A DNA stretch of 64,000 nucleotides from an uncultured Gemmatimonadaceae bacterium (GCA_963843845.1 CAWJMB010000002.1:2528001-2592000); one strand, 5' to 3'. Shown: positions 24,319 to 35,086, counted from the first letter of the stretch. The notes: generated by a model from the letters alone, not told the origin. Numbers and translations: made by a program.

Positions 24319-26354
24319 ACGACGGCCTCCTCGGGCGCCACCGCCGCACGCGTCGGCGGAATGACGCGAAACAGATGCGCCGGCTGCCGCGCCGGATCGA
24401 GCCGCACGTAGTTGCGCGCCCCGCGCCAGGTGTACTGCGCGCCCGTCAGCAGATCCTCCACCACGTACGCCTCGTCGTCGCCGATCGCCATGTCGGCGAT
24501 GGGCACCTCGACGAACGTGTAGTGCGGCTGGTGCGGGTCCAGCAGCACCGTGACGATGAGGTCCGCCGAGTCGCCGACGGCCGCCCGGCGATAGCAGAGG
24601 ATCGCCTCGTCCTCCGACGCCAGGAACGTGACGTTGTGCTGCCGCTGCAACGCGGGCTCGGCGCGCCGGATCCTGTTCAGCTGCGCGATGTCGGCGTCGA
24701 GCGAATGCGTGCTCTCGTGATACGGGCGATGGCGCAGCTCGTACTTCTCGCTGTCCAGATACTCCTCGCTCGCCTCGTGCACCGGCACGTTCTCGAAGTG
24801 CTCGAAGCCGCTGTAGATCCCGTAGAGCGGGCTGAGCGTCGCCGCGAGCAGGAGGCGAATGCGGAAGGCGTTCGGCCCGCCCGTCACGAGATACTCGTGC
24901 AGGATGTCCGGCGTGTTCGTGAAGAAATTGCCGCGGTGGTACTCGACCACGTCAGGTGCGAGGAACTCCCCGAGCCACTCCTCGATCTGCCACGCCTCGG
25001 TCTTCCACGTGAAGTAGCCGTACGACTGTGTGAATCCGAGCTTCGCGAGGTTGAGCAGCTTCTTCGGGCGCGTGAACGCCTCCGAGAGAAACACGACCCC
25101 CGGATGTCTCGACTGCACGTCGCGAATGACCCACTGCCAGAACGCGAACGGCTTCGTGTGCGGGTTGTCGACCCGGAACGTGGTCACGCCGCGCTCGACC
25201 CAGAACAGCAGCACGTCACGACAGGCGTTCCACAGATTCTCGCGATCGTCGCACCAGAAGTTGATCGGGTAGATGTCCTGGTACTTCTTCGGCGGATTCT
25301 CGGCGTACGCGATCGTGCCGTCGGGTCGGATGTGGAACCAGTCGGGGTGGGTCGTCACCCACGGGTGGTCCGGCGAGCACTGCAGCGCGTAGTCGAGCGC
25401 GACCTCGAGACCCAACGACGCGGCGCGCCGCACGAATCGCTCGAAGTCGTCGACGGTGCCCAACGACGGGTTCACCGCGTCGTGCCCCCCCTCGTCGCTG
25501 CCGATCGCCCACGGGCTGCCGACGTCGTCCGGGTTCGCACTCAGCGTGTTGTTGCGCCCTTTGCGGAACGTGCGGCCGATCGGGTGGATGGGCGGCAGGT
25601 AGACGACGTCGAAGCCCAGCTCCGCGATGCGCGGCAGCAGCGCTTCGGCGTCGCGCGAACGTGCCGTGCTCGCCGGTTCGGGCCCGCGGAGCGCGGAAAG
25701 AACTCGTACCACGCGGCGAACGCGGCGCGTTCGCGATCGACCCAGAGCGGCAGCTCGCGGTCGTAGGTCACCAGGTCGGCCGGCGCGTGGTACGTCTCCA
25801 TGAGCCCGACCAGCTCGCTCGCGAGCGCCGCCTCGACCTGCCCCGCCGGGTTCGCGGTGTCGGCGAGGCGCTTCGCATACGCTTCGAGCGTGCGGCGCGA
25901 ATCGCCGAAGCGCGTCTTGCGCGCGGCCTCGCGCACCATCGCCGTCGCCTCCATCAGCTCGACGCCGACCTCCTGCGCGGCGGCGACCTTCTTCTCGAAC
26001 TTGACCCGCCACGACCCGAACTGATCCGTCCACGCTTCGACCGTGAACGTCCAGGGCCCGACCGCATCGAGCGCGATCGCCCCGACCCACCGGTCCTCGT
26101 CCTTGTCGTAGGCGCATCGGCGCGTGACGCGGCGCCTGGTCGCGCGGCCCAACGAAGCGCACGCGCGCGCGGAGCAGATCGTGTCCATCCTTGAACACGT
26201 CCGCGCCGACCGTGCAGACGTCGCCGACGATCCGCTTGGCCGCGTAGCGCCCGTCGTCGACGACAGGGGTGACGCGCTCGATCGTGAGGTGCGGAAACGC
26301 GCTGCTCCCTCGTGACGGCCGGGGCCGGGGAGCGGGCTCGGTGCGGGCGGGCAT
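24315..26354 (-). CDS. glgE: Alpha-1,4-glucan:maltose-1-phosphate maltosyltransferase (compensating frameshifts)
   Basis: WYEFFPRS, YLPPIHPIG, ENPPKKYQDIY, FRVDNPHTKP, LSEAFT, NTPDIL. Confidence 0.92.
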
Positions 26355-26421
26355 GCGTGCGGAGCGGTTGGGTGGGTGGAGGGCGACCGGTCTCCAACCT
26401 ACAAGAGCTAGGCCAGGATAC

Positions 26422-26451
26422 GACGAACCCGGCGAGGTCGCCGGGTTCGTC
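26422..26451 (-). terminator. Hairpin downstream of the OmpA-family gene
   Basis: gacgaacccggcg aggt cgccgggttcgtc perfect 13 bp stem. Confidence 0.65.
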
Positions 26452-26478
26452 TCGCCTGCGCGCGGTGCCGCGTCGCCG

Positions 26479-27135
26479 CTACTGCATGGCGAGCGCCGTC
26501 ACCGCGCCCACGTCGGTCGCCTCCACCACGAACATGACGCGACGGTTCAGCTCCGCACCGGCCACGTCATGCGTCGCGCCGGCTCTCACCTGACGCGTCT
26601 CGCCGTAGCCGACCGCGGCGAGCAGCGCGTCGCTCAGCCCCTGCTGCACGAGGAAGTCGCGGACCGACTCGGCCCGGCGCTTCGAGAGGGCGAGGTTGTA
26701 GCGCGCCGAGCCGGCGACGTCGGTGAAGCCCTCGACGGTGATCTTCGCGCCCGGATAGTACTTCTGCGCCACCTTCGCGAACCGCTCGAGCGCCGCGCGG
26801 TCCTGCGCGCGCACCGCCGCGTCGTCGAAACCGAAGTGTACCGGCATGTCGAACTTCACCTGGTCTTCCATCGCCGAGATGCGCGCGCCGTACTCGGTGC
26901 GCAGGCCGGCGAGGTCGCTGCGCAGCGACGCGAGGTCGGAGCGCAGCGAGGTCAGATCGGTCCTCACCGCCGCCAGGTCGCGCCCGTGCGCCTCGTCCGC
27001 GCTCGTCCGCGCCGCGCTCTCGCGCTCGCTCGCCGCGACGACCTGCCGGTTGACGTATCCCTTCGTCGCGCACGCCGAGCTCAGTACGGCACCGGCGAGT
27101 CCGGCGGCCACCCATTTCACGTTCTGCAACATCAT
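26479..27135 (-). CDS. OmpA-family peptidoglycan-binding lipoprotein
   Basis: Lipobox SSAC, coiled-coil linker, VHFGFDDA, VEGFTD..GSARYNLALSKRRA, VGYGE, NRRV. Confidence 0.9.
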   Translation of the reverse strand: MMLQNVKWVAAGLAGAVLSSACATKGYVNRQVVAASERESAARTSADEAHGRDLAAVRTDLTSLRSDLASLRSDLAGLRTEYGARISAMEDQVKFDMPVHFGFDDAAVRAQDRAALERFAKVAQKYYPGAKITVEGFTDVAGSARYNLALSKRRAESVRDFLVQQGLSDALLAAVGYGETRQVRAGATHDVAGAELNRRVMFVVEATDVGAVTALAMQ

Positions 27136-27197
27136 GGCACTCCCGCTGGGACAGGGTTCGAGTGAACGTCGCCCTCGACTGTCGACATCGCGATCCG

Positions 27198-27218
27198 ACG
27201 TTGATCGAACGTTGATCG
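27198..27218. promoter_or_regulatory. Direct repeat ACGTTGATCG x2 with 11 bp period, candidate response-regulator site
   Basis: Perfect 10-mer at 27198 and 27209, about 65 bp upstream of the OmpA-family start. Confidence 0.45.
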
Positions 27219-27246
27219 TGACGCCGCGCGCACGAGGTGACCGACG

Positions 27247-28085
27247 TCACCCGAGCGGCGGCTTCGCCAGCCACTCGCCACCGTCCACGACGAGGATCGC
27301 GCCCGTGATCCAATCCCCGGCCGGGGAGGCGAGGAACGCGACCATGTTGGCGATGTCGCGCGGCGTGCCCCAGCGGCGCAGCGGAATCACGCGCTTCGCG
27401 TACGCCGCCATCGCCTGGTCCGCCGCCGCGAACACGTCGGGCACACCGCTGCTCGGCGCGGCGGCGTGAACGCTTTCCGCACGCCCTCGGTCGGGATCGG
27501 GCCGGGGGCGATCGCGTTCACGCGGATGCCGTACGGCGCCCACTCGACGGCGAGCGTGCGCGTCAGCGCGTCGACGCCGGCTTTCGCGGCGGTGGCGTGC
27601 GCCATCTGCGGCCAGCCGCGATAGTGCAGCGTCATCGAGATGCTCACGATGCGCCCGCCGCCCTGCGCCTTCATGACCGGCATCACCGCCTGCGAGCAGA
27701 AGAACGTGCCGTAGAGGTCGATCTCGACGACCGAGCTTCCAGGCGTTCGGCGACAGCGTTTCGCGACGGCGCGTAGAAGTTGCCGGCGGCGTTGTTCACG
27801 AGCACGTCGATCCGTCCGTGCGTCGACACGACCTCGTCGACCATCGCGCGGACGCGCTCCGGGTCGCGCACGTCCACCGCCACCGACGAGGCGCGTCCCG
27901 CCCGCCGCGACGATCGATGCCACCGCCGGGTCGAGGTGCTCGGGCTTGCGGCTCGCGAGCACCACGTGCGCGCCGAGCGACGCGAGCAGCTCCGAGATGC
28001 CGAGACCGATGCCGGTGCCGCCGCCCGTGACGAGTGCGACCTGACCGTCGAGCAGCCCTTCGCGAAAGACCGACGTGTCGAGCAT
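27247..28085 (-). CDS. SDR oxidoreductase, 2,4-dienoyl-CoA reductase-like (frameshifts)
   Basis: [46 protein letters not shown]. Confidence 0.85.
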
Positions 28086-28144
28086 CGAGTTCCCCGGGGG
28101 TGAGTGGGACGCGCGGTACGATACTCGGTCGCGCGGGCGCTCGG

Positions 28145-28196
28145 CGAACGACGAGGCCCCGGAGAGCGCGTCAGCTCTCCGGGGCCTCGTCGTTCG
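28145..28196 (-). terminator. Perfect 23 bp-stem hairpin downstream of the S8 protease
   Basis: cgaacgacgaggccccggagagc / gctctccggggcctcgtcgttcg. Confidence 0.75.
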
Positions 28197-28217
28197 TCCG
28201 GCCGAACGCCGGGCCGT

Positions 28218-31200
28218 TTACTGCACGCGCACCTGCTTGATCGACGTCGCCGTGAGCCCTGCCCCGTCGGCGACCTTCAGCCACACGAGGTAGAAGCCGT
28301 CCTTCGTGAACGTCCGCGTGTAGACCGGCGTCTGCAGCGTGACGACCTCGTTGTTGATCATCCACGTGTACGTGCTGATCTCGTCATCGTCGCTCGCGGC
28401 GCTCGCGTCGAAGGTGCACTGCCGGGCTCCGCTGCTGCCCGTGCAGCTCACCGCGAAGCTCGCGACCGGCGCCTTGTTCTGCTTGACCGTGATCGTCGTG
28501 GTCGCCGTCGCCGTCGCGCCTTTCGAGTCGGTCGCGGTGAGCGTGATCGTGTGCGTGCCGAGCGAGAGATCCTTGGCGGTGACGCTGGCACCATCGCCGA
28601 ACTCGCCGTCGATGCTGCTCGTCCACACGAGCGACGCGCCGCTCAGCGCGCCGTCCTCCGCGTCCGCGCCGGCGCCCGTGAAGGTGATCTTCGCGGTGCT
28701 CGAGAACGAGGTGCCACCGGCGGGCGACGTGATGGTCGCCGTCGGCGCCCGGTTGACCGGCGCGGTGACCGCGATCGTGCGCACCGCCGTCGACACCAGC
28801 CCCCGCGAGTCGCGCGCGGTCAGCGTGACGACGTGCGTGCCGACCGCCAGCGCCGACGTCGTGAACGACGCGCCGGTGCCGATCTGCCCGCCGAGGCTGC
28901 TCGTCCAGACGAGCGACGCGCCGCTCAACGCGCCGTCTTCCGCGTCGGTGCCCGCACCGGTGAACGTCACCGCCGTGCCCAGCACGAACGACGCGCCGCT
29001 CGCCGGCGACGAGATCGCCGCCGAGGGCGCCGTGTTCGGCGGCTCGACGACGGCGATCGTGCGCACCGCGCTGTGCGTGGCGCCGCGCGAGTCGGTCGCC
29101 GTCAGCGTGATCGTGTGCGTGCCGACCGCGAGCGCGGCCGTCGAGACCGACGCGCCCGTCCCGAGCGCCCCGCTCACACTGCTCGTCCAGACGAGCGACG
29201 CGCCGCCCAGCGTGCCGTCCTCCGCGTCCGTGCCGCCGCCGACGAACGTGATCGGCGTTCCGCGCACGAACGACGCGCCGCTCGCCGGCGAGACGATCGC
29301 CGCGACCGGCGCCGAGTTCACGACGAGCGTCCGCGTCGCGGTGCCCGTCGCGCCCCGCGAGTCCGTCGCCGTGAGGGTGATGGTGTGCGTCCCCGCCGCG
29401 AGCGCCGCCGTCGACACGGTCGCGCCCGAGCCGATCGTACCGTCGATGCTGCTCGTCCACACGAGCGACGCGCCGCCGACCACGCCGTCTTCGGCGTCGG
29501 CGCCGGCGCCGGTGAACGTGACCGTCGCGCCGCGCGCCACGACGCTCCCCGTCGCCGGCGACGTGATGGTCGCCGTCGGCGCCTGATTGACCGGCGCCGT
29601 GACCGCGATCGTGCGCACCGCCGTCGACACCAGCCCCCGCGAGTCGCGCGCCGTCAGCGTGACGACGTGCGTGCCGACCGCCAGCGCCGACGTCGTGAAC
29701 GACGCGCCGGTGCCGATCTGCCCGCCGAGGCTGCTCGTCCAGACGAGCGACGCGCCGCTCAACGCGCCGTCTTCCGCGTCGGTGCCCGCACCGGTGAACG
29801 TCACCGCCGTGCCCAGCACGAACGACGCGCCGCTCGCCGGCGACGAGATCGCCGCCGAGGGCGCCGTGTTCGGCGGCTCGACGACGGCGATCGTGCGCAC
29901 CGCGCTGTGCGTGGCGCCGCGCGAGTCGGTCGCCGTCAGCGTGATCGTGTGCGTGCCGACCGCGAGCGCGGCCGTCGAGACCGACGCGCCCGTCCCGAGC
30001 GCCCCGCTCACACTGCTCGTCCAGACGAGCGACGCGCCGCCCAGCGTGCCGTCCTCCGCGTCCGTGCCGCCGCCGACGAACGTGATCGGCGTTCCGCGCA
30101 CGAACGACGCGCCGCTCGCCGGCGAGACGATCGCCGCGACCGGCGCGATGTTGACCGGCGCCGTGACGGTGATGACGCGCGTCGCCGTGCCCGTCGCGCC
30201 CTTCGAGTCGGTCGCGGTCAGCGTGATGGTGTGCGTGCCGACCGTGAGGGTGGAGATCGCCGCCCCGAGGCCAGACCCGAGCACGCCCGAGATGCTGCTC
30301 GACCAGACGAGCGAGCCCCCGCTCAACGCGCCGTCTTCCGCATCAGACCCGCTCCCCGCGAACGCGATCGGCGTGCCGAGCACGAACGACGCACCCGCCG
30401 ACGGGGAGGTGATCGTCGCCGTCGGCGCGCTGTTGACGACCGGCGGCACCGGCGCCGCCGGGGCGAGGAAGGCCATCGAGGCGAGCCGGTTCGGCGTCCC
30501 CGCCGGCAGCCCGGTCACGACGTTCTGCGTCGCGTTCGCCGAGAGCGCGTCGGCGACCTGCGCCGGCGTCGCCAGCGGGTTCGCGGCGAGGTAGAGCGCT
30601 GCGACGCCAGCGACGTGCGGCGATGCCATCGACGTGCCGCTCAGCGTCGCGAGCGCGGTGTTGCTGCCGACGTACGCCGACGGGATCGCCACGCCCGGCG
30701 CGTTGACGTCGACGCAGGTGCCCCAGTTCGAGAAGCCGGCGAACCCGTCGTCCGACATCGTCGCGCCGACGGTGATCGCCGTCACCGCACGCGCCGGCGA
30801 CGACGTGCACGCGTCCACGGCCGAGTTCCCGGCCGCCACGACGACCGTGACGCCAGCCCGCGACAGGCGCGCGATTGCGCTGTCGAGCGCCGCGAACGCG
30901 CCGCCCCCGAGGCTCATGTTCACGACCATCGGGCGCGACGGGCTCGCCTGCTTCTGCGCGAGCACCCAGTCGAGACCCGCGACGACGCCCGATCCGCTGC
31001 CGCTCCCGGCACAGTCGAGCACGCGCACCGCCACGAGCGACACCTGCTTCGCGACGCCGTACACCGTGCCCCCGACCGTACCGGCGACATGGGTGCCATG
31101 GCCGTTGCAGTCGACGGCGCCCGTGCTCGCCGTCCGGATCGCGTCGTAGCCGGCGACCACGCGCCCGGTGAACTCCGTGTGCGTGAGATTGATGCCGCTG

Positions 31201-31673
31201 TCCACGATGTAGACCGTGACGCCGGACCCGTCGTTGGCGTAGGCGTACGTGCCGTTCAGCGGCAGCGCGGCCTGATCGAGTCGATCGAGGCCCCACGGGG
31301 CGCCGGTCATGACACCGCCGACCGCGGCCATCGAGAGATCGGGCGTGACCGAGACGACGTCGGGGTCGCTGCGAAGCGACGCCGCGGTCGCGTCGCTGAG
31401 CTTGGCGGCGAACCCGGTGATGACGCCGGCGGGGTACATCCGCTCGATCGAGACCGTCGGATTCACCAGCAGGTTGGCCGTGACCGCGCGAACGTCCGCA
31501 CCGGGCTTGAGGAGCACGACGTACTGCCCCGGCACCGGCGACGACTGCGCGAGCGACGCCCGCACGATCGACGACGCACTCGGTGCGGATGTGTCGGCGG
31601 ACGGAGCGAGCGGGCTGTCGCCGCAGGCGGCGAGAAGGGCAGCAACGGCTGCGAACGGAACGATGCGCTTCAT
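28218..31673 (-). CDS. S8 subtilisin/aqualysin-like serine protease lipoprotein with seven Ig-like repeats and a C-terminal PKD-like domain
   Basis: Lipobox LAAC; triad VDSG, HGTHVAG, GTSMASP; repeated NxAP..ITSP..DAEDG..WTSS..GTHTITLTATDS units. Confidence 0.92.
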   Translation of the reverse strand: MKRIVPFAAVAALLAACGDSPLAPSADTSAPSASSIVRASLAQSSPVPGQYVVLLKPGADVRAVTANLLVNPTVSIERMYPAGVITGFAAKLSDATAASLRSDPDVVSVTPDLSMAAVGGVMTGAPWGLDRLDQAALPLNGTYAYANDGSGVTVYIVDSGINLTHTEFTGRVVAGYDAIRTASTGAVDCNGHGTHVAGTVGGTVYGVAKQVSLVAVRVLDCAGSGSGSGVVAGLDWVLAQKQASPSRPMVVNMSLGGGAFAALDSAIARLSRAGVTVVVAAGNSAVDACTSSPARAVTAITVGATMSDDGFAGFSNWGTCVDVNAPGVAIPSAYVGSNTALATLSGTSMASPHVAGVAALYLAANPLATPAQVADALSANATQNVVTGLPAGTPNRLASMAFLAPAAPVPPVVNSAPTATITSPSAGASFVLGTPIAFAGSGSDAEDGALSGGSLVWSSSISGVLGSGLGAAISTLTVGTHTITLTATDSKGATGTATRVITVTAPVNIAPVAAIVSPASGASFVRGTPITFVGGGTDAEDGTLGGASLVWTSSVSGALGTGASVSTAALAVGTHTITLTATDSRGATHSAVRTIAVVEPPNTAPSAAISSPASGASFVLGTAVTFTGAGTDAEDGALSGASLVWTSSLGGQIGTGASFTTSALAVGTHVVTLTARDSRGLVSTAVRTIAVTAPVNQAPTATITSPATGSVVARGATVTFTGAGADAEDGVVGGASLVWTSSIDGTIGSGATVSTAALAAGTHTITLTATDSRGATGTATRTLVVNSAPVAAIVSPASGASFVRGTPITFVGGGTDAEDGTLGGASLVWTSSVSGALGTGASVSTAALAVGTHTITLTATDSRGATHSAVRTIAVVEPPNTAPSAAISSPASGASFVLGTAVTFTGAGTDAEDGALSGASLVWTSSLGGQIGTGASFTTSALAVGTHVVTLTARDSRGLVSTAVRTIAVTAPVNRAPTATITSPAGGTSFSSTAKITFTGAGADAEDGALSGASLVWTSSIDGEFGDGASVTAKDLSLGTHTITLTATDSKGATATATTTITVKQNKAPVASFAVSCTGSSGARQCTFDASAASDDDEISTYTWMINNEVVTLQTPVYTRTFTKDGFYLVWLKVADGAGLTATSIKQVRVQ
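28765..30146. repeat. Near-identical ~548 bp direct repeat (28765-29312 and 29599-30146) inside the protease gene
   Basis: Constant offset of 834 bp; only one substitution noticed by eye. Confidence 0.9.
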
Positions 31674-31912
31674 GGGTGGGACGGCCTCCGGGACCGCTGC
31701 TGCTGCGCGCGAGAGAGGGAGCCGAGCGGCGCAGAAGTGCGCGTCGCCGGCAATCGTGCGGGTCGTGCGTCGTACGAGGGGTCGTGCGAGGAGGGGGTCG
31801 TGCGAGGACGTGCTTCATCGGTCGCGCGCGCGGAGCGTGCGAACCGGCCTTCGAACGCCGGCGTAGCGAGCGCGAGCGTTGTGGAAACGTAAGGCGATCT
31901 ATGCCATCATCG

Positions 31913-31928
31913 CGTGATCCACGTCACA
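31913..31928. promoter_or_regulatory. CRP/FNR-family-like site
   Basis: CGTGA-tccacg-TCACA, 9/10 match to TGTGA-N6-TCACA, ~240 bp upstream of the S8 protease. Confidence 0.4.
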
Positions 31929-31981
31929 CGATCACGTCGTCGTCCGCCCTCGCCGCGTCGCCGCGCTCTGAGCGTAAACCG

Positions 31982-32686
31982 CTAACCTAGTGTGACTTCC
32001 GCGCTGGTTGCATCGCCCAATGCCAGCTCGTGCTGTCCGTGACCGAGGAATGACCGCCGATGATGCGCTGTAAGACCCAAATTGTCCAGCCCGGTTCGAT
32101 GACCTGCCGTGCCGTAGCCGGCGTTTCGCTCCCAGCCGTAGCCAGGACGACGCACCGCGAGTGAGGTCATCAAACGATCACGCGTAATTTTCGCGACGAT
32201 CGACGCGCACGCGATCGCATGCACCCGACCGTCCCCGCCGACGACGGCGGTGTGCGCCACGCCCAGCGTCCGGATCGGCCTGCCGTCGACGATGACGTGG
32301 TGGGGACGACAGCCGAGCTGACGCTCCAGTCGCGCGAGGGCGCGCTGCATCGCGAGCACGGTGGCGTGATACACGTTCAGTCGATCGACCTCGCGCGCGC
32401 TCGCCGCGCCGAGGGCGACCGCCAGCGCGCGCCGGCGGATGAGCGGCAGGAGGCGTTCGCGCTCGGCGGCGGAGAGCCGTTTCGAGTCGTCGATGCCGGG
32501 GATCGCCCGCGCGTCAGGGGGCATGACGACGGCGCAGGCGACGACCGGGCCGGCGAGCGGGCCACGCCCGACCTCGTCGACGCCCGCGACGAGTGGGCCG
32601 TGCGCCGCGCGAAGCGTCCGCTCGAGGGCGCTCCAACGCGAACGGCGCGCCCTGCGTGATGCAGAGCGCGCCGTTTCGTCGAGCAC
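31982..32686 (-). CDS. rnhB: Ribonuclease HII
   Basis: AGVDEVGRGPLAGPV, DDSKRL, VDG, ASIVAKITRD, NAGYGT, HRRSF. Confidence 0.95.
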   Translation of the reverse strand: MLDETARSASRRARRSRWSALERTLRAAHGPLVAGVDEVGRGPLAGPVVACAVVMPPDARAIPGIDDSKRLSAAERERLLPLIRRRALAVALGAASAREVDRLNVYHATVLAMQRALARLERQLGCRPHHVIVDGRPIRTLGVAHTAVVGGDGRVHAIACASIVAKITRDRLMTSLAVRRPGYGWERNAGYGTAGHRTGLDNLGLTAHHRRSFLGHGQHELALGDATSAEVTLG

Positions 32687-32701
32687 GGTGGTCCCGCCGG
32701 A

Positions 32702-33076
32702 TCAGGCCTTCGCGGCCGCCGCGGCCTGGCGCGGGGGCGCCTTGCGCTCCTTGATGCGCGCCGCCTTGCCGGTGACGTTGCGGAGGTAGTAGAGCTTCGC
32801 GCGGCGCACGAGGCCGCGCCGCACGACGGCGATGTCACCGAGCATCGGGCTGTGGACCGGGAAGATGCGCTCGACACCGATGCCGTTCGAGATCTTGCGA
32901 ACGGTGAACGTCTCGCTCACGCCGCTGCCGCGCCGCGCGATGCAGACGCCCTCGAACGCCTGAAGGCGCTCCTTGTCGCCCTCCTTCACGCGAACGTTGA
33001 CACGCAGCGTGTCGCCGGCGCGGAACGGGGGAACGCTGCGGAGCCACTCCTTCTGGGTCTCGATGAACGGATGCAT
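32702..33076 (-). CDS. rplS: 50S ribosomal protein L19
   Basis: [45 protein letters not shown]. Confidence 0.97.
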   Translation of the reverse strand: MHPFIETQKEWLRSVPPFRAGDTLRVNVRVKEGDKERLQAFEGVCIARRGSGVSETFTVRKISNGIGVERIFPVHSPMLGDIAVVRRGLVRRAKLYYLRNVTGKAARIKERKAPPRQAAAAAKA

Positions 33077-33164
33077 ATGACGCGCTGGGCTTGGTGGTGA
33101 CGCCCGTTCAGGCTTCAGGATACGGACAAGAGAATCGCAAGCTAACCGACGACGTGCCAGCCGA

Positions 33165-33998
33165 CTAGCCCACCGGGTCAGCTGGATCGCGGGGCGGGTC
33201 GGCAGCCGGCGGGCGAGAGCGGCGGCGCTTCGGCGGCTTCGACGGAGGGACCGGCTCGGGCAGACCGTCGCGCCGGGCGGCCAGGCGAACCCCTTCCCAC
33301 GCTCGCCACGCGGCGATCTTCGCATGGTCGCCCGAGAGCAGCACGTCGGGAACGGCGTGCCCGCGATAGCTCGGAGGCCGCGTGTAGCTCGGACCCGAGA
33401 GCTCTCGGCCGAAGAACGAGTCGCCGCGCGCGCTCTCGAGGTCGGACATCGCGCCCGGCAACAGCCGGACGACGGCGTCGACGATCGCGAGCGCCGCCGC
33501 TTCCCCCCCGCTCAAGACGAAATCGCCGAGCGACAGTTCCTCGGTCGCGAGGTGCTCGGCGACGCGCTGATCGACGTCCTTATAGTGGCCGCAGAGCAGC
33601 GTCAGCTCGTGTCCTTCGCTGAAACGAACGGCGTCGGCATGCGTGAAGCGGCGCCCGCGCGGCGAGAGCAGCACGATCGGCCGCGTCGCGCCGAGGGCGT
33701 CGACGGCCTCGAAGAACGGGGCTGGTGTCATCACCATCCCCGGCCCACCGCCGTACGGCGCGTCGTCGACCGTGCGGTGACGGTCGTGCGTGAAGTCACG
33801 CAGGTCGACGAGCCGGTACCGAACGCTGCCCGCCGCCGCCGCACGCGCAGGGATGCTCAGGCCGAGCGGCCCCTCGAAGAACGTCGGGAAGATCGTGACG
33901 ATGTTGATGACGAGCGGCCGGGGATCGGAGATCGGGGACACGGGGTCACGTCGGGCACCCGTCCCCCCGTCCCCGATCGCCGGCTCTTCGCTGCTCAT
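33165..33998 (-). CDS. trmD: tRNA (guanine37-N1)-methyltransferase
   Basis: [48 protein letters not shown]. Confidence 0.95.
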   Translation of the reverse strand: MSSEEPAIGDGGTGARRDPVSPISDPRPLVINIVTIFPTFFEGPLGLSIPARAAAAGSVRYRLVDLRDFTHDRHRTVDDAPYGGGPGMVMTPAPFFEAVDALGATRPIVLLSPRGRRFTHADAVRFSEGHELTLLCGHYKDVDQRVAEHLATEELSLGDFVLSGGEAAALAIVDAVVRLLPGAMSDLESARGDSFFGRELSGPSYTRPPSYRGHAVPDVLLSGDHAKIAAWRAWEGVRLAARRDGLPEPVPPSKPPKRRRSRPPAADPPRDPADPVG

Positions 33999-34567
33999 TC
34001 CAACAGGCCGTCCGGCGGTGTCACGACGATGACGCGCCGAGTGAGATCGACCTCGGCGACCGTGTCGGGACGGTAGAGGAGCACCACCGTTCCCGTCGCC
34101 GGCGGCGCGCGCCGCACGTCGAGCGCGAGCCCTTGCGGCAGTTCGTACAACGCGGCCACGTCGCCGAGGCGCGTGCCGTCGGGAAGTTCGACCGCCAGAC
34201 CGACGAGATCGTGGTAGAAGACCTCGTCGTCGGCGGGCGGCGGCAGTTCGGACGCCGGGGCGAGAAGCGTGCGCTCGCGCCAGAGATCGGCCTCGTTGCG
34301 ATCGTCGATCGACGAGAGGGCGACGATCCAGCCGCCTTTGAACGGCGAGGCACGGCGCACGGTGAGTTCGCGCATCGGGCCGCTGCGGCCAGGCCCCGAG
34401 CGGAGCGGCCGCCCGTTCGGCAGGCCGGCGAAGAGCCGCCGGCCCGCGGCGAACACGACGTCGGGCGCGGTCGTGAGCGACTCGACCGCCAGCTCACCGC
34501 GGATGCCGTGCGCGTTCCGCACCCGCCCGACGACGACGAGGTCGTCGTCGCGCGGTTCGTCGATCAT
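33995..34567 (-). CDS. rimM: Ribosome maturation factor RimM
   Basis: VGRVRNAHGIRGE, DRNEAD, FYHDLVGL, PPDGLLE; lies between rpsP and trmD. Confidence 0.9.
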   Translation of the reverse strand: MIDEPRDDDLVVVGRVRNAHGIRGELAVESLTTAPDVVFAAGRRLFAGLPNGRPLRSGPGRSGPMRELTVRRASPFKGGWIVALSSIDDRNEADLWRERTLLAPASELPPPADDEVFYHDLVGLAVELPDGTRLGDVAALYELPQGLALDVRRAPPATGTVVLLYRPDTVAEVDLTRRVIVVTPPDGLLE

Positions 34568-34576
34568 GCTCGTGCG

Positions 34577-34984
34577 TTACTCGTCCGAGGTGTCGCTCAG
34601 CGGCACCGCGTTCGCGACGTCGGGCCCACCCTGCTCCGGCGTCGGCACGTCCGACGCAGCGGGGTTGGCGGACGGCTCCGAGTCCGGCAGCGCGACGGCG
34701 GATGCGGTCAGCGTGCGACCGAGCCGCGCCTCGTGGCGCTGCTTGAGCACGCCGGCCCGACGGAGCAGCGAGCGCACGGTGTCCGACGGCTGCGCACCGA
34801 CGCTCAGCCAGTAGTTGGCGCGGTCGAGCTTGATGTTGACCTTGTTCTCGTCGCTCGAGCGCGGCGCGTACTGGCCGATGATCTCGATGAACTTCCCGTC
34901 GCGCGGGCTCTTGGAGTCGGCGACGACGATACGGTACGCCGGGGCCTTCTTGCGGCCGACGCGGCGGAGACGGATACGAACCAT
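34577..34984 (-). CDS. rpsP: 30S ribosomal protein S16
   Basis: [40 protein letters not shown]. Confidence 0.97.
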   Translation of the reverse strand: MVRIRLRRVGRKKAPAYRIVVADSKSPRDGKFIEIIGQYAPRSSDENKVNIKLDRANYWLSVGAQPSDTVRSLLRRAGVLKQRHEARLGRTLTASAVALPDSEPSANPAASDVPTPEQGGPDVANAVPLSDTSDE

Positions 34985-35086
34985 GTGCCTAACGCTCGTT
35001 GCTGGAGTGGGTCATGCTGTCGGGGCTCATCGCGCGGCCGGCGTTTCCGGTGCGCACCCCGGTCGAGCTCACGGGACTCGGGCCCG

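Noticed and set aside
28700..30430. Repeats as a CRISPR array or mobile element
   Set aside because: They are ~280 bp in-frame domain repeats of the protease; there is no repeat-spacer structure and no cas or transposase gene.
28104..31892. Very long antisense or alternate-frame ORFs (e.g. 28104..31892 +, 41212..44715 +, 9896..12520 +)
   Set aside because: Arg/Ala-rich shadow ORFs expected in high-GC DNA opposite well-supported genes.
31982..32200. Slightly lower GC at the rnhB 3' end as foreign DNA
   Set aside because: Short, in frame with conserved RNase HII motifs, and no mobility signatures.
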